Made by a program: the position numbers and the translations under genes | Shown here: positions 30,106 through 40,231 of the stretch, one piece after another | Position numbering within the stretch: the stretch's first letter is position 1 | Layout of the letters: every line of letters starts with the position of its first letter | The notes under the pieces: model-generated | Database searches by the model: none | Seen by the model: the letters and a program-made list of their open reading frames with translations, nothing else | Told to the model about the DNA's origin: nothing | Source of the DNA: an uncultured virus (IMG/VR IMGVR_UViG_3300024358_000470) | Taxonomy: Duplodnaviria; Heunggongvirae; Uroviricota; Caudoviricetes | Reading direction: 5' to 3' (one strand) | IMG/VR virus record: IMGVR_UViG_3300024358_000470 | DNA: 64,000 nt

Positions 30106-31401
30106 ATGAAAGAACAAGTAAAGCAATTTATTGATGACCTTTTTGAAAGTGATGAATCTTTCTTTAAGTATCTCTATAATAATGATTATGTGAAGGGAGA
30201 ATCAAATATTTTTTACTCTGGTCCCTACTGGAATCACGAAGAAATTCAAGTTGCAATGAAAACCTTCCTGACTGGAAAGTGGTTATCTTCCGGTGAGGCA
30301 GTGAATAAGTTTGAGAAAGAATTCTCACAGAAGTTTAACTTTCAACATTCAGTAATGGTAAATTCTGGGAGCTCAGCAAATCTTGTAATGATTGCTGCTC
30401 TCAAGAAATATTTTGATTGGCAAGATGGTGATGAAATTATTGTATCTGTTTGTGGATTTCCAACTACTCTTAATCCCATCCTTCAAAACAATCTAAAACC
30501 AGTCTTTGTTGATATTGATTATACTGATTTGAATTGGAATTTGGATGAACTTAAATCCAAAATAACCCCAAGAACAAGAGCAGTATTTTCTTCACCTGTT
30601 CTCGGAAATGCATATAACTTTGATTATCTACTTGAGATTTGTGATCGTTATAAACTTGAGTTAATTTCTGATAACTGCGATAGCCTTGGAAGTAAATGGA
30701 AAGGTAAGTATCTTACAGACTACTCTGTTGCATCTTCTTGTTCTTTCTATCCAGCACATCATATTACAACGATTGAAGGTGGTATGGTGTCTTCTAATAT
30801 TAAAGAAGTGATTGATATTGCTCGTAGTTTTGCTTGGTGGGGAAGAGATTGCTATTGCGTTGGTTCACAAAATCTTCTTTCTTGTGGAACTTGTGGTAAG
30901 AGATTTGATAAATGGTTAGTTGGATATGATAAGGTTGTAGACCATAAGTACATCTTCGGACAAATTGGTTATAATCTCAAACCAATTGATATGCTTGGTT
31001 CAATCGGTTCAGTGCAACTTAAAAAGTTTGATGAAATTCATTATCTTCGCAGATATAATAAGGCACGAATTCATCAAATCTTCGAATCTATTCCTGGAGT
31101 AAGAGTGATTGATGAGTTACCGCAGTCTGAAACAAGTTGGTTTGGTGTTCCGATTGTATGCAATACTAACAAGGAGAAACTTGTTAAGCACTTGGAAGAT
31201 AACAAGATACAAACAAGAAATTATTTTGCAGGCAATCTTTTGATTCATCCAGCTTACCGACATCTTGGTTCTGGATTTGATTATCCAAATGCAATGAAAG
31301 TTCTTGAGAATGTATTTTTTATTGGATGCTCCCCAACTATAAACGACCAGATGATTGAATTTATAGAAGAGACTGTTGATTCTTATAAGAAAATAGCATG
31401 A
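30106..31401 (+). CDS. rfbH: RfbH/DdhC-type NDP-4-keto-6-deoxyhexose 3-dehydrase (DegT/DnrJ fold)
   Basis: VNSGSSANL; DNCDSLGS; SFYPAHHITTIEGG (His at the catalytic Lys position); WGRDCYC...CGTCGKRF; DHKY...GYNLK. Confidence 0.85.
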   Translation: MKEQVKQFIDDLFESDESFFKYLYNNDYVKGESNIFYSGPYWNHEEIQVAMKTFLTGKWLSSGEAVNKFEKEFSQKFNFQHSVMVNSGSSANLVMIAALKKYFDWQDGDEIIVSVCGFPTTLNPILQNNLKPVFVDIDYTDLNWNLDELKSKITPRTRAVFSSPVLGNAYNFDYLLEICDRYKLELISDNCDSLGSKWKGKYLTDYSVASSCSFYPAHHITTIEGGMVSSNIKEVIDIARSFAWWGRDCYCVGSQNLLSCGTCGKRFDKWLVGYDKVVDHKYIFGQIGYNLKPIDMLGSIGSVQLKKFDEIHYLRRYNKARIHQIFESIPGVRVIDELPQSETSWFGVPIVCNTNKEKLVKHLEDNKIQTRNYFAGNLLIHPAYRHLGSGFDYPNAMKVLENVFFIGCSPTINDQMIEFIEETVDSYKKIA

Positions 31402-31760
31402 AGATTACAATTCCAGTATCAGTAGGTGAACTATTAGATAAAATTTCGATTCTTGAAATTAAGTCTATGTTTACTAACAATGAATATGTTCTCAAAGAAC
31501 TTGAGGACTTAAATCAAATCAAAAATACTCTTATCCAATTCACTCTTGAGTACATGAATGAACTGAGGGAAGTTAATCAAAAACTTTGGAAGATTGAAGA
31601 TGAATTGAGAGAGTTAGAAAAAAATAAAGACTTTGGGAAAAAGTTCATTGAACTTGCCCGAAGTGTCTATATTACTAATGATAAAAGAGCAGACATAAAG
31701 AAAAGAATTGATGAGGAATTCAATTCCGAATATAGGGAGGTAAAAATGTACAATAAATAG
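31398..31760 (+). CDS. DUF6165-like protein
   Basis: IPVSVGELLDKISILEIK...LWKIED...FIELARSVYITNDKR. Confidence 0.7.
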   Translation: MKITIPVSVGELLDKISILEIKSMFTNNEYVLKELEDLNQIKNTLIQFTLEYMNELREVNQKLWKIEDELRELEKNKDFGKKFIELARSVYITNDKRADIKKRIDEEFNSEYREVKMYNK

Positions 31761-31798
31761 AACAGTTTTAAAATCTCAATTGATTTTCTGGTGATCTT

Positions 31799-32776
31799 AT
31801 GTCTGTAGGCTTTGTGAAGCAGGTTTTAGATAATGGTGGAAAAATAAAACCATTAATAATACCATCAAATGAAACAAATGGTACTGGGTTATGTAACCCA
31901 TCCATACTTGTTAAAGACAATAAAATTTTAGCGAATGTGAGGCACATTCAATATACTCTATACCATTCGGAGTTAAAAAATTACGAACATCCGTATGGTC
32001 CTTTAGTGTATCTAAATCCAGATAACGACAATACACTAACAACAACTAATTTTATCTGTGAACTTGATGATGATTTGAATATTTCATACTTTTCAAAAGT
32101 AGATACATCTGCTTTTGATAAACCACCGTTGTGGGAATTTGTTGGTCTCGAAGATGCAAGATTGATAGAATGGGACAGCAAATTATTTTTGTGTGGTGTT
32201 AGAAGAGATTTAGATACTATCGGAACCGGAAGAATGGAACTTTCGGAAATTGAAATTAATGAAAATTCTGTAAACGAGGTATCGAGATTTAGAATCCCAG
32301 GTCCTCCACCCGACAAAGAGTATTGTAATAAAAACTGGATGCCAATCTTAGACATGCCCTATCACTTTGTCAAGTGGACAAATGGTACAGAGATAGTCAA
32401 AGTTGATGTCCAGAATAACAGTACAGAAAGTGTAATCATTAAAAATTGGGTTCAACATAATAGAGATCTGAGAGGAGGTTCTCAAGTCCTGTCATATAAT
32501 GGTGGATACTTAACCCTAAATCACGAAACCGATTTGTATAGAAGTGAAGCGGGAAGGAAAGATGCAACATACAGGCATCGTTTCACTTTTTGGGATAAGG
32601 ACTGGAATATACAAAAAATTTCGCAGCAGTTTTCTTTCCTTAATGCAAAAATTGAATTTGCTTGTGGTATGGCAAAGTATAAAGAAGATTACTTGATTAC
32701 TTTTGGTTTTCAAGATAATGCCGCATATGTTTTAAGAGTACCTGGACAATTTCTGGAGGATTTTATTAATGGATGA
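31799..32776 (+). CDS. Five-bladed beta-propeller, glycoside hydrolase/phosphorylase-like (GH43/GH130-like)
   Basis: NPSI; GLEDARL; KNWMP; LRGGS; IEFACG; FGFQD. Confidence 0.6.
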   Translation: MSVGFVKQVLDNGGKIKPLIIPSNETNGTGLCNPSILVKDNKILANVRHIQYTLYHSELKNYEHPYGPLVYLNPDNDNTLTTTNFICELDDDLNISYFSKVDTSAFDKPPLWEFVGLEDARLIEWDSKLFLCGVRRDLDTIGTGRMELSEIEINENSVNEVSRFRIPGPPPDKEYCNKNWMPILDMPYHFVKWTNGTEIVKVDVQNNSTESVIIKNWVQHNRDLRGGSQVLSYNGGYLTLNHETDLYRSEAGRKDATYRHRFTFWDKDWNIQKISQQFSFLNAKIEFACGMAKYKEDYLITFGFQDNAAYVLRVPGQFLEDFING

Positions 32777-34118
32777 TACACTTTATAATTACATTCAAGA
32801 TACAGAAAATGCTGAAAGCAATTTTAATCTTGCAGTACAATATGAAATATTGGGCCAAACTGCATCCGCAATTTCTTATTATTTGAGGGCAGCAGATAGA
32901 GCGGATGATTTGAATTTAGTTTATGAGTCTTTGATTAGAATGTCATATTGTTTTAACAAACAAGGAAACCGTTGGTATACTGTCAAAGGTCTCCTAAACC
33001 ATGCAATTACTGTTTTACCAAGAAGACCAGAAGCATATTATATTCTTTCAAGATATGAAGAGTGGAATAAGAGTTATACTGAAGCATATACACTTTCAAA
33101 TACAGCTTTAACTTTTTGCGATTTTAATCAAGAACCACTAAGAACCGATGTTGAGTATCCCGGAAAATATGGGTTAATTTTTGAAAAAGCAGTTTGTTCA
33201 TATTGGTGGGGAAAATCTGAAGAGTGTAGAAGATTGTTTAAAATATTGGTTGATGATTATTATGATCAAATGAATGATTCTCATAAAAAATCAGTTAAAA
33301 ATAATTTTAATGTTTTAGGTATGGATTTCCCATATCTTCTTGACGAAGATAAAACAAAATTAAAAGGATTTCCTTCGATATATTATTTGAGTTTAGAAGA
33401 ATCCATTGATAGAAGAACTCATTTAGAAAATCAATTTAAAGAATATGATATTGAAAAAATTAACTCAGTAGTATCCAAAAGATTTATAGAGTGTAATGAT
33501 ATTCTTCATGGTCAATATGTTCACACTTTGACCAATGCAAGTAAAGGATGTTGCACTTCTCATATGAGATGTATTAAGAGGTGGTTAAATGAAACAGATG
33601 AACCTTATGGATTTTTTTGTGAGGATGATCTTTCATTAGAAACTATTAAGAATTGGAACTTTACTTGGGGAGAGTTTGTTGATAATTTACCCTCAGATTG
33701 GGAATGCGTTCAACTTATGTGGGTCAGAGATCAAATGACCGATATTAAAGTTAGGGAAAGACAATTTGATGACTGGTCTGCGACTGCATATATCCTTAAA
33801 AGAGAGCGTGCTCAAAAAATAATTGATACTTATTACTATGATGACGAATTCCATTTTGATATTCCAGAATCTAATCTGCAACCAATTGTAGAAAATCTTG
33901 TTTTCTCATTGGGAAAAGTTTATACATTCCCACTATTTGTTGAAGAAATTAAAAAGTTTGATACTTGTATAATCAATAGTGAAGAATTTAATGGTTTAAA
34001 GGATGATTGGGTAATTGTAGATGGTCAAGGTCCAGCTCATATTAGGTCTTATCATCAAATTGCAGAATGGTGGAAGAAAACTGGATTTAAATTAAAAGCA
34101 GACCAAATTCCTAAATAA
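32769..34118 (+). CDS. TPR-repeat protein fused to a GT25-like glycosyltransferase
   Basis: N-terminal TPR (PRRPEAYY); IYYLSL...DRR...GCCTSH...FCEDD...SATAYI. Confidence 0.72.
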   Translation: MDDTLYNYIQDTENAESNFNLAVQYEILGQTASAISYYLRAADRADDLNLVYESLIRMSYCFNKQGNRWYTVKGLLNHAITVLPRRPEAYYILSRYEEWNKSYTEAYTLSNTALTFCDFNQEPLRTDVEYPGKYGLIFEKAVCSYWWGKSEECRRLFKILVDDYYDQMNDSHKKSVKNNFNVLGMDFPYLLDEDKTKLKGFPSIYYLSLEESIDRRTHLENQFKEYDIEKINSVVSKRFIECNDILHGQYVHTLTNASKGCCTSHMRCIKRWLNETDEPYGFFCEDDLSLETIKNWNFTWGEFVDNLPSDWECVQLMWVRDQMTDIKVRERQFDDWSATAYILKRERAQKIIDTYYYDDEFHFDIPESNLQPIVENLVFSLGKVYTFPLFVEEIKKFDTCIINSEEFNGLKDDWVIVDGQGPAHIRSYHQIAEWWKKTGFKLKADQIPK

Positions 34119-34132
34119 AAATAAAACTTCTG

Positions 34133-36004
34133 ATGCCCAAGATTAAGTCACATAAAACAGTTGAGCAAATTGCAAAGAAACATCGTCTTAATGTTTCTTT
34201 CATACAAAAGCAACTTGACATGGGTGAACCAATTGAGCACGAGCATACTCAAGACCACGAATTGGCAAGAAATATTGCTCTTCAACATCTTGACGAAATT
34301 CCAGATTATTATACTCGCCTTAAAAAGATGGAGGCAGATGCCAAGAAGCATCATAAAAAATTTAAAGATGTTTCTGAAGGCAATCTCCATAAGTGGTTTA
34401 AAAGTAAATCAAAAGACGGAAAACCTGGTTGGGTCAATGTTGTAACTGGTGGCACATGTGCAAGTGATGAACCAGGTGAAGGAGTACCTAAGTGCGTCTC
34501 TTCATAAAAAAGAGCAAGTATGACGCCAGCAGAAAGACATTCGGCAGCAAGAAGAAAGAAAGCAGCAGATCCTGGACAACAACAAAAAACTGGTGCGTCT
34601 AAACCAACATATGTTTCTACAGATAAACCTAAAAAGTCTGTAGAAGAGGAGTGGTCAGATAAATATAAAAAGTCTATAGATTGTGACAACCCCAAAGGAT
34701 TTTCTCAGAGAGCTCATTGCCAAGGAAGGAAGAAAAAAATGAATGAAGAATCTGATAAGAAAGGAAAAGGTAGTGGCAAAAAAGATGCTTGCTATAATAA
34801 AGTAAAATCGAGATATGATGTTTGGCCAAGTGCATATGCATCCGGAGCACTTGTCAAGTGTCGTAAAGTCGGTGCTGCAAACTGGGGTAATAAAACAGAG
34901 GAAACTCATATGCACGAAGAAGAAAGATATTGTCCTCTATGCGATAAGAGAGAAACAAGATCAGAATGCTCCTACGGCGGAAAAGCGTGGGATAAAGTTT
35001 CTGTTAAGGATGAAGAATATTCAATGGCTCGTGGAGAACTCCAAACAATTGCAAATGCAGTAAAAAGATTGCAAACTAAGTTCTCTAAAGGAGAAGGTGA
35101 TTTGGAAGCATGGGTCCAATCAAAAATTACAAAGGCAGCGGATTATATTGATACTGCAGCAGATTACCTTGATAGTGGGGAGCATGAGTTTGACGAAGCT
35201 TGTTGGTCTGGTTATAAACAAGTAGGAATGAAAAAGAAAGGAAAGAAGACTGTTCCAAATTGTGTGTCAGAAGAGAAAAAATTAGTTGATAAAATTTTAG
35301 AAGACTGTGGTTGCTCACATTCTCCAAAGAAAGTAAAGTCTAAAAAAATGGTAATGCCAGAGCAAACTATTGAAGATTTGGATGGAAATACATTTGCCGA
35401 AGTCATTGACATTATCAAACCAGAACCAATTAAAGGAACTGCATCAAAGCCGATTCAAGAAGCAACAAGACTTCAAGCACAAACTGGAAATGTAATTGCT
35501 GTAACTCTTTCATGGAGAGGAAAATATTATTCACTTAAGATGTTTTTCCCGCAAGTGAAGACACCATCAAGAAAAGAAATTAATGATGAGATTCAAAAAG
35601 TTTATCCAGGTTCAGTAGTTGTATATCATTCTATCTCAGAAATTCAACCAGGTCAACCACTAATTCAAATGGTTGGACCACAAGGAGGAAGTTCTGCAAA
35701 ACCAGGACCAAACAAAAATTATGTAAAACCAATGGGTGAAGGAGTTGAATTGGAAGAAGGTGAGGCATGGCAAAATAAGGAAGGTAAAAACTCTAAGGGT
35801 GGTCTCAACGAAAAGGGAAGAAGGTCTTATGAAAAGGCAAATCCAGGAAGCGACCTCAAGGCACCTTCAAAAGAGGTTGGAAATCCTCGCAGAGCGTCAT
35901 TCTGTGCCCGGATGTCCGGAATGAAAAAGAAACTAACATCAGCAAAAACAGCAAACGATCCTAATTCAAGAATTAACAAGTCTCTTAGAGCTTGGAACTG
36001 TTAA
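34133..36004 (+). pseudogene. Modular basic head-cargo-like protein interrupted by a single in-frame TAA at 34505-34507 (ORFs 34133..34507 + 34520..36004)
   Basis: Reads ...CVSS*KRASMTPAER... with both ORFs in the same frame, 12 nt apart. Modules EHEHT...HLDEIPDYY, WPSAYASG and RRASFCARM. CTAAATA at 34111. Confidence 0.65.
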
Positions 36005-36021
36005 TTTGGAGTTGATTTATT

Positions 36022-37671
36022 ATGCCAAATGATGTTTATCTTGGTAATCCGCTTTTAAAAAAAGCAAATACCCCTATCGAATTTACTCAAGAACAGATTC
36101 TTGAATTTGTGAAGTGTAAAGATGACCCAGTTTACTTTGCAAACAATTATGTAAAAATTGTAACTCTGGATCATGGTCTTCAAACATTTAAACCATATCA
36201 TTTTCAAGAGAAGTTAATTAATAACTTCCACAATCACAGATTTAATATCTGCAAGATGCCACGACAGACGGGAAAATCAACCACTGTAGTATCTTTTCTA
36301 TTACATTATGCGGTATTTAATGATAATGTAAATATTGGCATTCTTGCAAACAAAGCAGCAACAGCAAGAGAACTTTTAGATAGGTTACAAACTGCTTATG
36401 AGAATCTTCCCAAGTGGATGCAGCAAGGTATTATATCCTGGAATAAAGGATCATTGGAGTTAGAAAATGGCAGTAAGATATTGGCAGCTTCTACATCTGC
36501 AAGTGCTGTCCGAGGCATGTCGTTCAATATCCTCTTTCTCGATGAATTCGCTTTCGTTCCAAACCATATCGCAGATTCCTTCTTTGCATCTGTTTATCCT
36601 ACTATTACTTCTGGTAAACAAACCAAAGTTATAATTGTATCCACTCCACACGGTATGAATCACTTCTACCGAATGTGGCATGATGCCGAAAAAGGTAAGA
36701 ATGAATATGTATTTACAGATGTTCATTGGAGTGAAGTACCGGGAAGAGATGAGGAGTGGAAGAAGCAAACTATTGCAAACACTTCCGACCAACAATTCAA
36801 AGTTGAGTTTGAATGCGAATTCTTAGGTTCTGTCGATACTCTTATTGCACCATCCAAACTCAGAACGCTCGTCTACGATGCCCCCAAGACCCGTAGTGCG
36901 GGTTTGGATGTTTATGTGGACCCAGAGGAGAATCATGATTACCTCATCACTGTGGATGTTGCTAGAGGCGTAGGGAATGATTACTCTGCATTTACTGTTA
37001 TTGATATAACAGAATTTCCCCATAAAGTTGTTGCCAAATATAGGAACAATGAAATCAAACCTATGCTTTTCCCCAGCATAATTCACGAGGCAGCAACAGC
37101 ATATAATAATTCCTATATTTTATGTGAGGTTAATGATGTTGGAGACCAAGTAGCAAGTATCCTTCAATATGACTTGGAATATAATAATCTTCTCATGTGT
37201 TCTATGAGAGGTAGAGCAGGTCAAATTGTTGGGCAAGGATTTTCTGGAAAGAAAACTCAACTTGGCGTCAAGATGTCCAAAACTGTGAAAAAAGTTGGAT
37301 GTCTAAACCTCAAGACAATGATTGAAGAAAGTAAACTCTTTCTCAATGACTACGAAATTATTTCAGAGCTTACCACATTTATTCAGAAACACAACTCTTT
37401 TGAAGCAGAAGAGGGGTGCAACGACGACCTTGCAATGTGTCTGGTAATATATGCTTGGTTGGTTGCTCAGGATTATTTTAAAGAATTGACCGATCAAGAT
37501 GTAAGAAAAAGATTATACGAAGAACAAAAAAATCAAATCGAACAGGACATGTCTCCTTTTGGATTTATATCCGATGGATTAGATAGCAATAGTTTTGTTG
37601 ATAATGACGGTGATAGATGGTTTGTTGATGAGTATGGAGATCGTTCTTACATGTGGGATTATCTATCGTAA
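36022..37671 (+). CDS. g17: Terminase large subunit
   Basis: YLGNPLLKK; RQTGKST Walker A; LDEFAF Walker B; STPHG; DVARG; NDDLAM. Confidence 0.97.
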   Translation: MPNDVYLGNPLLKKANTPIEFTQEQILEFVKCKDDPVYFANNYVKIVTLDHGLQTFKPYHFQEKLINNFHNHRFNICKMPRQTGKSTTVVSFLLHYAVFNDNVNIGILANKAATARELLDRLQTAYENLPKWMQQGIISWNKGSLELENGSKILAASTSASAVRGMSFNILFLDEFAFVPNHIADSFFASVYPTITSGKQTKVIIVSTPHGMNHFYRMWHDAEKGKNEYVFTDVHWSEVPGRDEEWKKQTIANTSDQQFKVEFECEFLGSVDTLIAPSKLRTLVYDAPKTRSAGLDVYVDPEENHDYLITVDVARGVGNDYSAFTVIDITEFPHKVVAKYRNNEIKPMLFPSIIHEAATAYNNSYILCEVNDVGDQVASILQYDLEYNNLLMCSMRGRAGQIVGQGFSGKKTQLGVKMSKTVKKVGCLNLKTMIEESKLFLNDYEIISELTTFIQKHNSFEAEEGCNDDLAMCLVIYAWLVAQDYFKELTDQDVRKRLYEEQKNQIEQDMSPFGFISDGLDSNSFVDNDGDRWFVDEYGDRSYMWDYLS

Positions 37672-37901
37672 TGGACTTAGATAAACAATTAAACCTAGGA
37701 CATTTACTTCTTTCGGATAGAAGATGTAGAACATGTGGTGAAATAAAAAATTTAGTAGATAGTTTTTATAGAACACGTAAAGATAGGGGACCAGTATCAT
37801 CTTCATATTCGTATGAATGCAAAGAATGTACCGTAAAAAGGATAAAAAATAGAAGAAAAAAATTACCAAAACCACTTCCATGGGAATATCCTGACTGGTA
37901 A
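37671..37901 (+). CDS. Small Zn-finger-like hypothetical protein
   Basis: CRTC...FY...YECKEC...EYPDW; ATG at 37671 overlaps the g17 stop. Confidence 0.6.
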   Translation: MDLDKQLNLGHLLLSDRRCRTCGEIKNLVDSFYRTRKDRGPVSSSYSYECKECTVKRIKNRRKKLPKPLPWEYPDW

Positions 37902-37943
37902 GTGTGTTCACTTCCAGTTTCCCCTATGTAAAGTATATTTTTA

Positions 37944-37950
37944 ATAAATA
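37944..37950 (+). promoter_or_regulatory. T4-type late promoter (ATAAATA) upstream of g18
   Basis: Same motif precedes other late genes at 15819, 31753, 40204, 40816, 42536, 44643, 45607, 48394 and 49904. Confidence 0.7.
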
Positions 37951-37985
37951 TTTTTTAGATAAACTGAGACTTTACGGAGAAAAAC

Positions 37986-40193
37986 ATGGCGACTCCTCAA
38001 TTATCTCCAGGCGTACTCGTCAGAGAGGTTGACTTAACAGTAGGAAGAGCTGATAATGTTTTAGATAATATTGGTGCGATTGCTGGCCCTTTTCCAATTG
38101 GTCCTGTAAACTACGCTGTTGATATTGCAACAGAGCAGGATTTAATCAATACTTTCGGAAAACCATCACAAAATGATAACCAGTATGAATATTGGATGAG
38201 TGCATCATCCTATCTTTCATATGGTGGTGTTCTAAAAGTTATTAGAACTAAATCACCAAACTTAAACAATGCTAACGCTGGAGTTGGAATTGGATCCACT
38301 GCATCTTTAGACATTGATAACTATGATGATTACAACGCGGAGCATACAGAAGCTCAGAATTTTACATACGCAGCAAAAAATCCAGGAACTTGGGCAAATG
38401 GTCTGAAAGTTTGTGTAATTGATGATTTAGCAGATCAGGTCATCAATGTAACATCCTCAGATTTGTCTTCTGATGGTGTCGCTATTGGATATGGCGTGAC
38501 AGCTAACTTAAATGGCATTTCAATTCCAGGATCTGGAACTTTTACCGGATATCTAAAAGGAATTATCACTGGAGTAACAACTGCAGTAACTGGTAGCAAT
38601 AGCTCCATCACTGTTAAAGTTGTTTCAAGAGTTTCCAGTGGAGGAACAGAAACAAAAATTGATTATGCAGAAGGGACCGAATTTGCTGCATTTAAAGGAA
38701 CACAAACATTAAACTTCATTGACGGTTCGGGTTCATATCAAGGAAACCTCAATTCAGTATCTGTTTCTGATTGGTATAATCAACAAAAACTTGGTCTAGA
38801 AAATAGCACTATTTTCTGGAGTTCAATTGCACCAAAACCAACCACATCTATTCACGCTTTAAACAGAAATGGTAAAGGTGATGGTATTCACGTAGTAGTT
38901 GTTGATGATAAGGGAACAATCACCCAAAATCCAGGGACTATTCTTGAAAAGCATGTTGGTCTATCAAAAGCACTTGATGCTATTTCGGCAGTAAATTCGC
39001 CACAAAGAATTTACTATAAGCAATTCTTGGCAGATTACTCGTCACAAATCTATGCAGGCAAATCTCCATCATCTGCTGCCGATGGATATTGGAGAACAGC
39101 ACCAAGGGCAGTTTCATTCACTAAAGCTGATGGAACTACTCAAGCATTTATTCCTAATGTAACAGAGAATTCACCATCTAAAGGTGATTGGGGTCAAAAT
39201 GCACAAGATGTAACATTTAGTGCAGTAGGTAATGTAACTTATGCATTAAATGGCGGACAAGATTATGGTGCCAATGGTTCAATGGCAGTGACTCTTGCAG
39301 ACTTGCAAACTTCGTACAATCTATTCTCAAACAAAGACGATGTTCAGGTTGATTATTTAATCATGGGTCCTGGACTAACCGATGAAAATGATTCAATCGC
39401 AAAAGCACAATATCTGATTTCAATTGCAGGTCAGAGAAAGGATTGTGTTGCTGTAATTGGACCTCATAGAGGAAATCTAATTGGACAAAGCAATTCTACT
39501 ACTCAGACAACAAATCTAATCAAGTACTTTAACTCTGTTGGGTCTTCTTCATCATATGCAATATTTGATAGTGGATATAAGTACACTTATGATAGATTTA
39601 ATAATAAGTTTGTATATATTCCATGCAACGCTGATATTGCTGGGTTAATGTGTCGCACTAATATCATTGCATATCCTTGGTTCTCACCTGCTGGTCAGCA
39701 ACGAGGAATCATTAATAATGCAATTAAGTTGGCATATAACCCAAGTAAAGCACAAAGAGACCAACTATATCCAGCAAGAATTAATGCAGTCATTACTCAA
39801 CCTGGAATCGGAACTCTTCTCTTTGGAGATAAGACAGCACTTGGATATGCATCAGCATTTGATAGAATTAATGTTCGTCGCTTATTCTTAACAATTGAAC
39901 AAGCACTACAGAGCGCAGCACAAGCTCAACTATTCGAATTAAATGATGAACTGACAAGAGCAAACTTTAAGAATATTGTAGAACCATATCTACGCGATAT
40001 TCAAGCGAAGAGAGGTCTGTACGGTTTCTTAGTTGTTTGTGATACAACAAACAATACTCCTGACGTTATTGACAATAACGAATTCAGAGCAGATATCTTC
40101 CTGAAACCAGCTAAGTCTATTAATTATGTAACTCTCACCTTTGTTGCTACACGCACAGGTGTAAGTTTTGAAGAAGTTGCAGGTACTGTTTGA
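37986..40193 (+). CDS. g18: Tail sheath protein
   Basis: SPGVLVREVDLT; WFSPAG; FDRINVRRLF; KPAKSINYVTLTFVATRTGVSFEE. Confidence 0.97.
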   Translation: MATPQLSPGVLVREVDLTVGRADNVLDNIGAIAGPFPIGPVNYAVDIATEQDLINTFGKPSQNDNQYEYWMSASSYLSYGGVLKVIRTKSPNLNNANAGVGIGSTASLDIDNYDDYNAEHTEAQNFTYAAKNPGTWANGLKVCVIDDLADQVINVTSSDLSSDGVAIGYGVTANLNGISIPGSGTFTGYLKGIITGVTTAVTGSNSSITVKVVSRVSSGGTETKIDYAEGTEFAAFKGTQTLNFIDGSGSYQGNLNSVSVSDWYNQQKLGLENSTIFWSSIAPKPTTSIHALNRNGKGDGIHVVVVDDKGTITQNPGTILEKHVGLSKALDAISAVNSPQRIYYKQFLADYSSQIYAGKSPSSAADGYWRTAPRAVSFTKADGTTQAFIPNVTENSPSKGDWGQNAQDVTFSAVGNVTYALNGGQDYGANGSMAVTLADLQTSYNLFSNKDDVQVDYLIMGPGLTDENDSIAKAQYLISIAGQRKDCVAVIGPHRGNLIGQSNSTTQTTNLIKYFNSVGSSSSYAIFDSGYKYTYDRFNNKFVYIPCNADIAGLMCRTNIIAYPWFSPAGQQRGIINNAIKLAYNPSKAQRDQLYPARINAVITQPGIGTLLFGDKTALGYASAFDRINVRRLFLTIEQALQSAAQAQLFELNDELTRANFKNIVEPYLRDIQAKRGLYGFLVVCDTTNNTPDVIDNNEFRADIFLKPAKSINYVTLTFVATRTGVSFEEVAGTV

Positions 40194-40231
40194 TTATTAT
40201 TCAATAAATAACCTTAAGGAGGTAACGAACC

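Noticed and set aside
34505..34507. Stop-codon reassignment (alternative genetic code)
   Set aside because: TAA, TAG and TGA all end genes at expected positions elsewhere, and core genes are uninterrupted.
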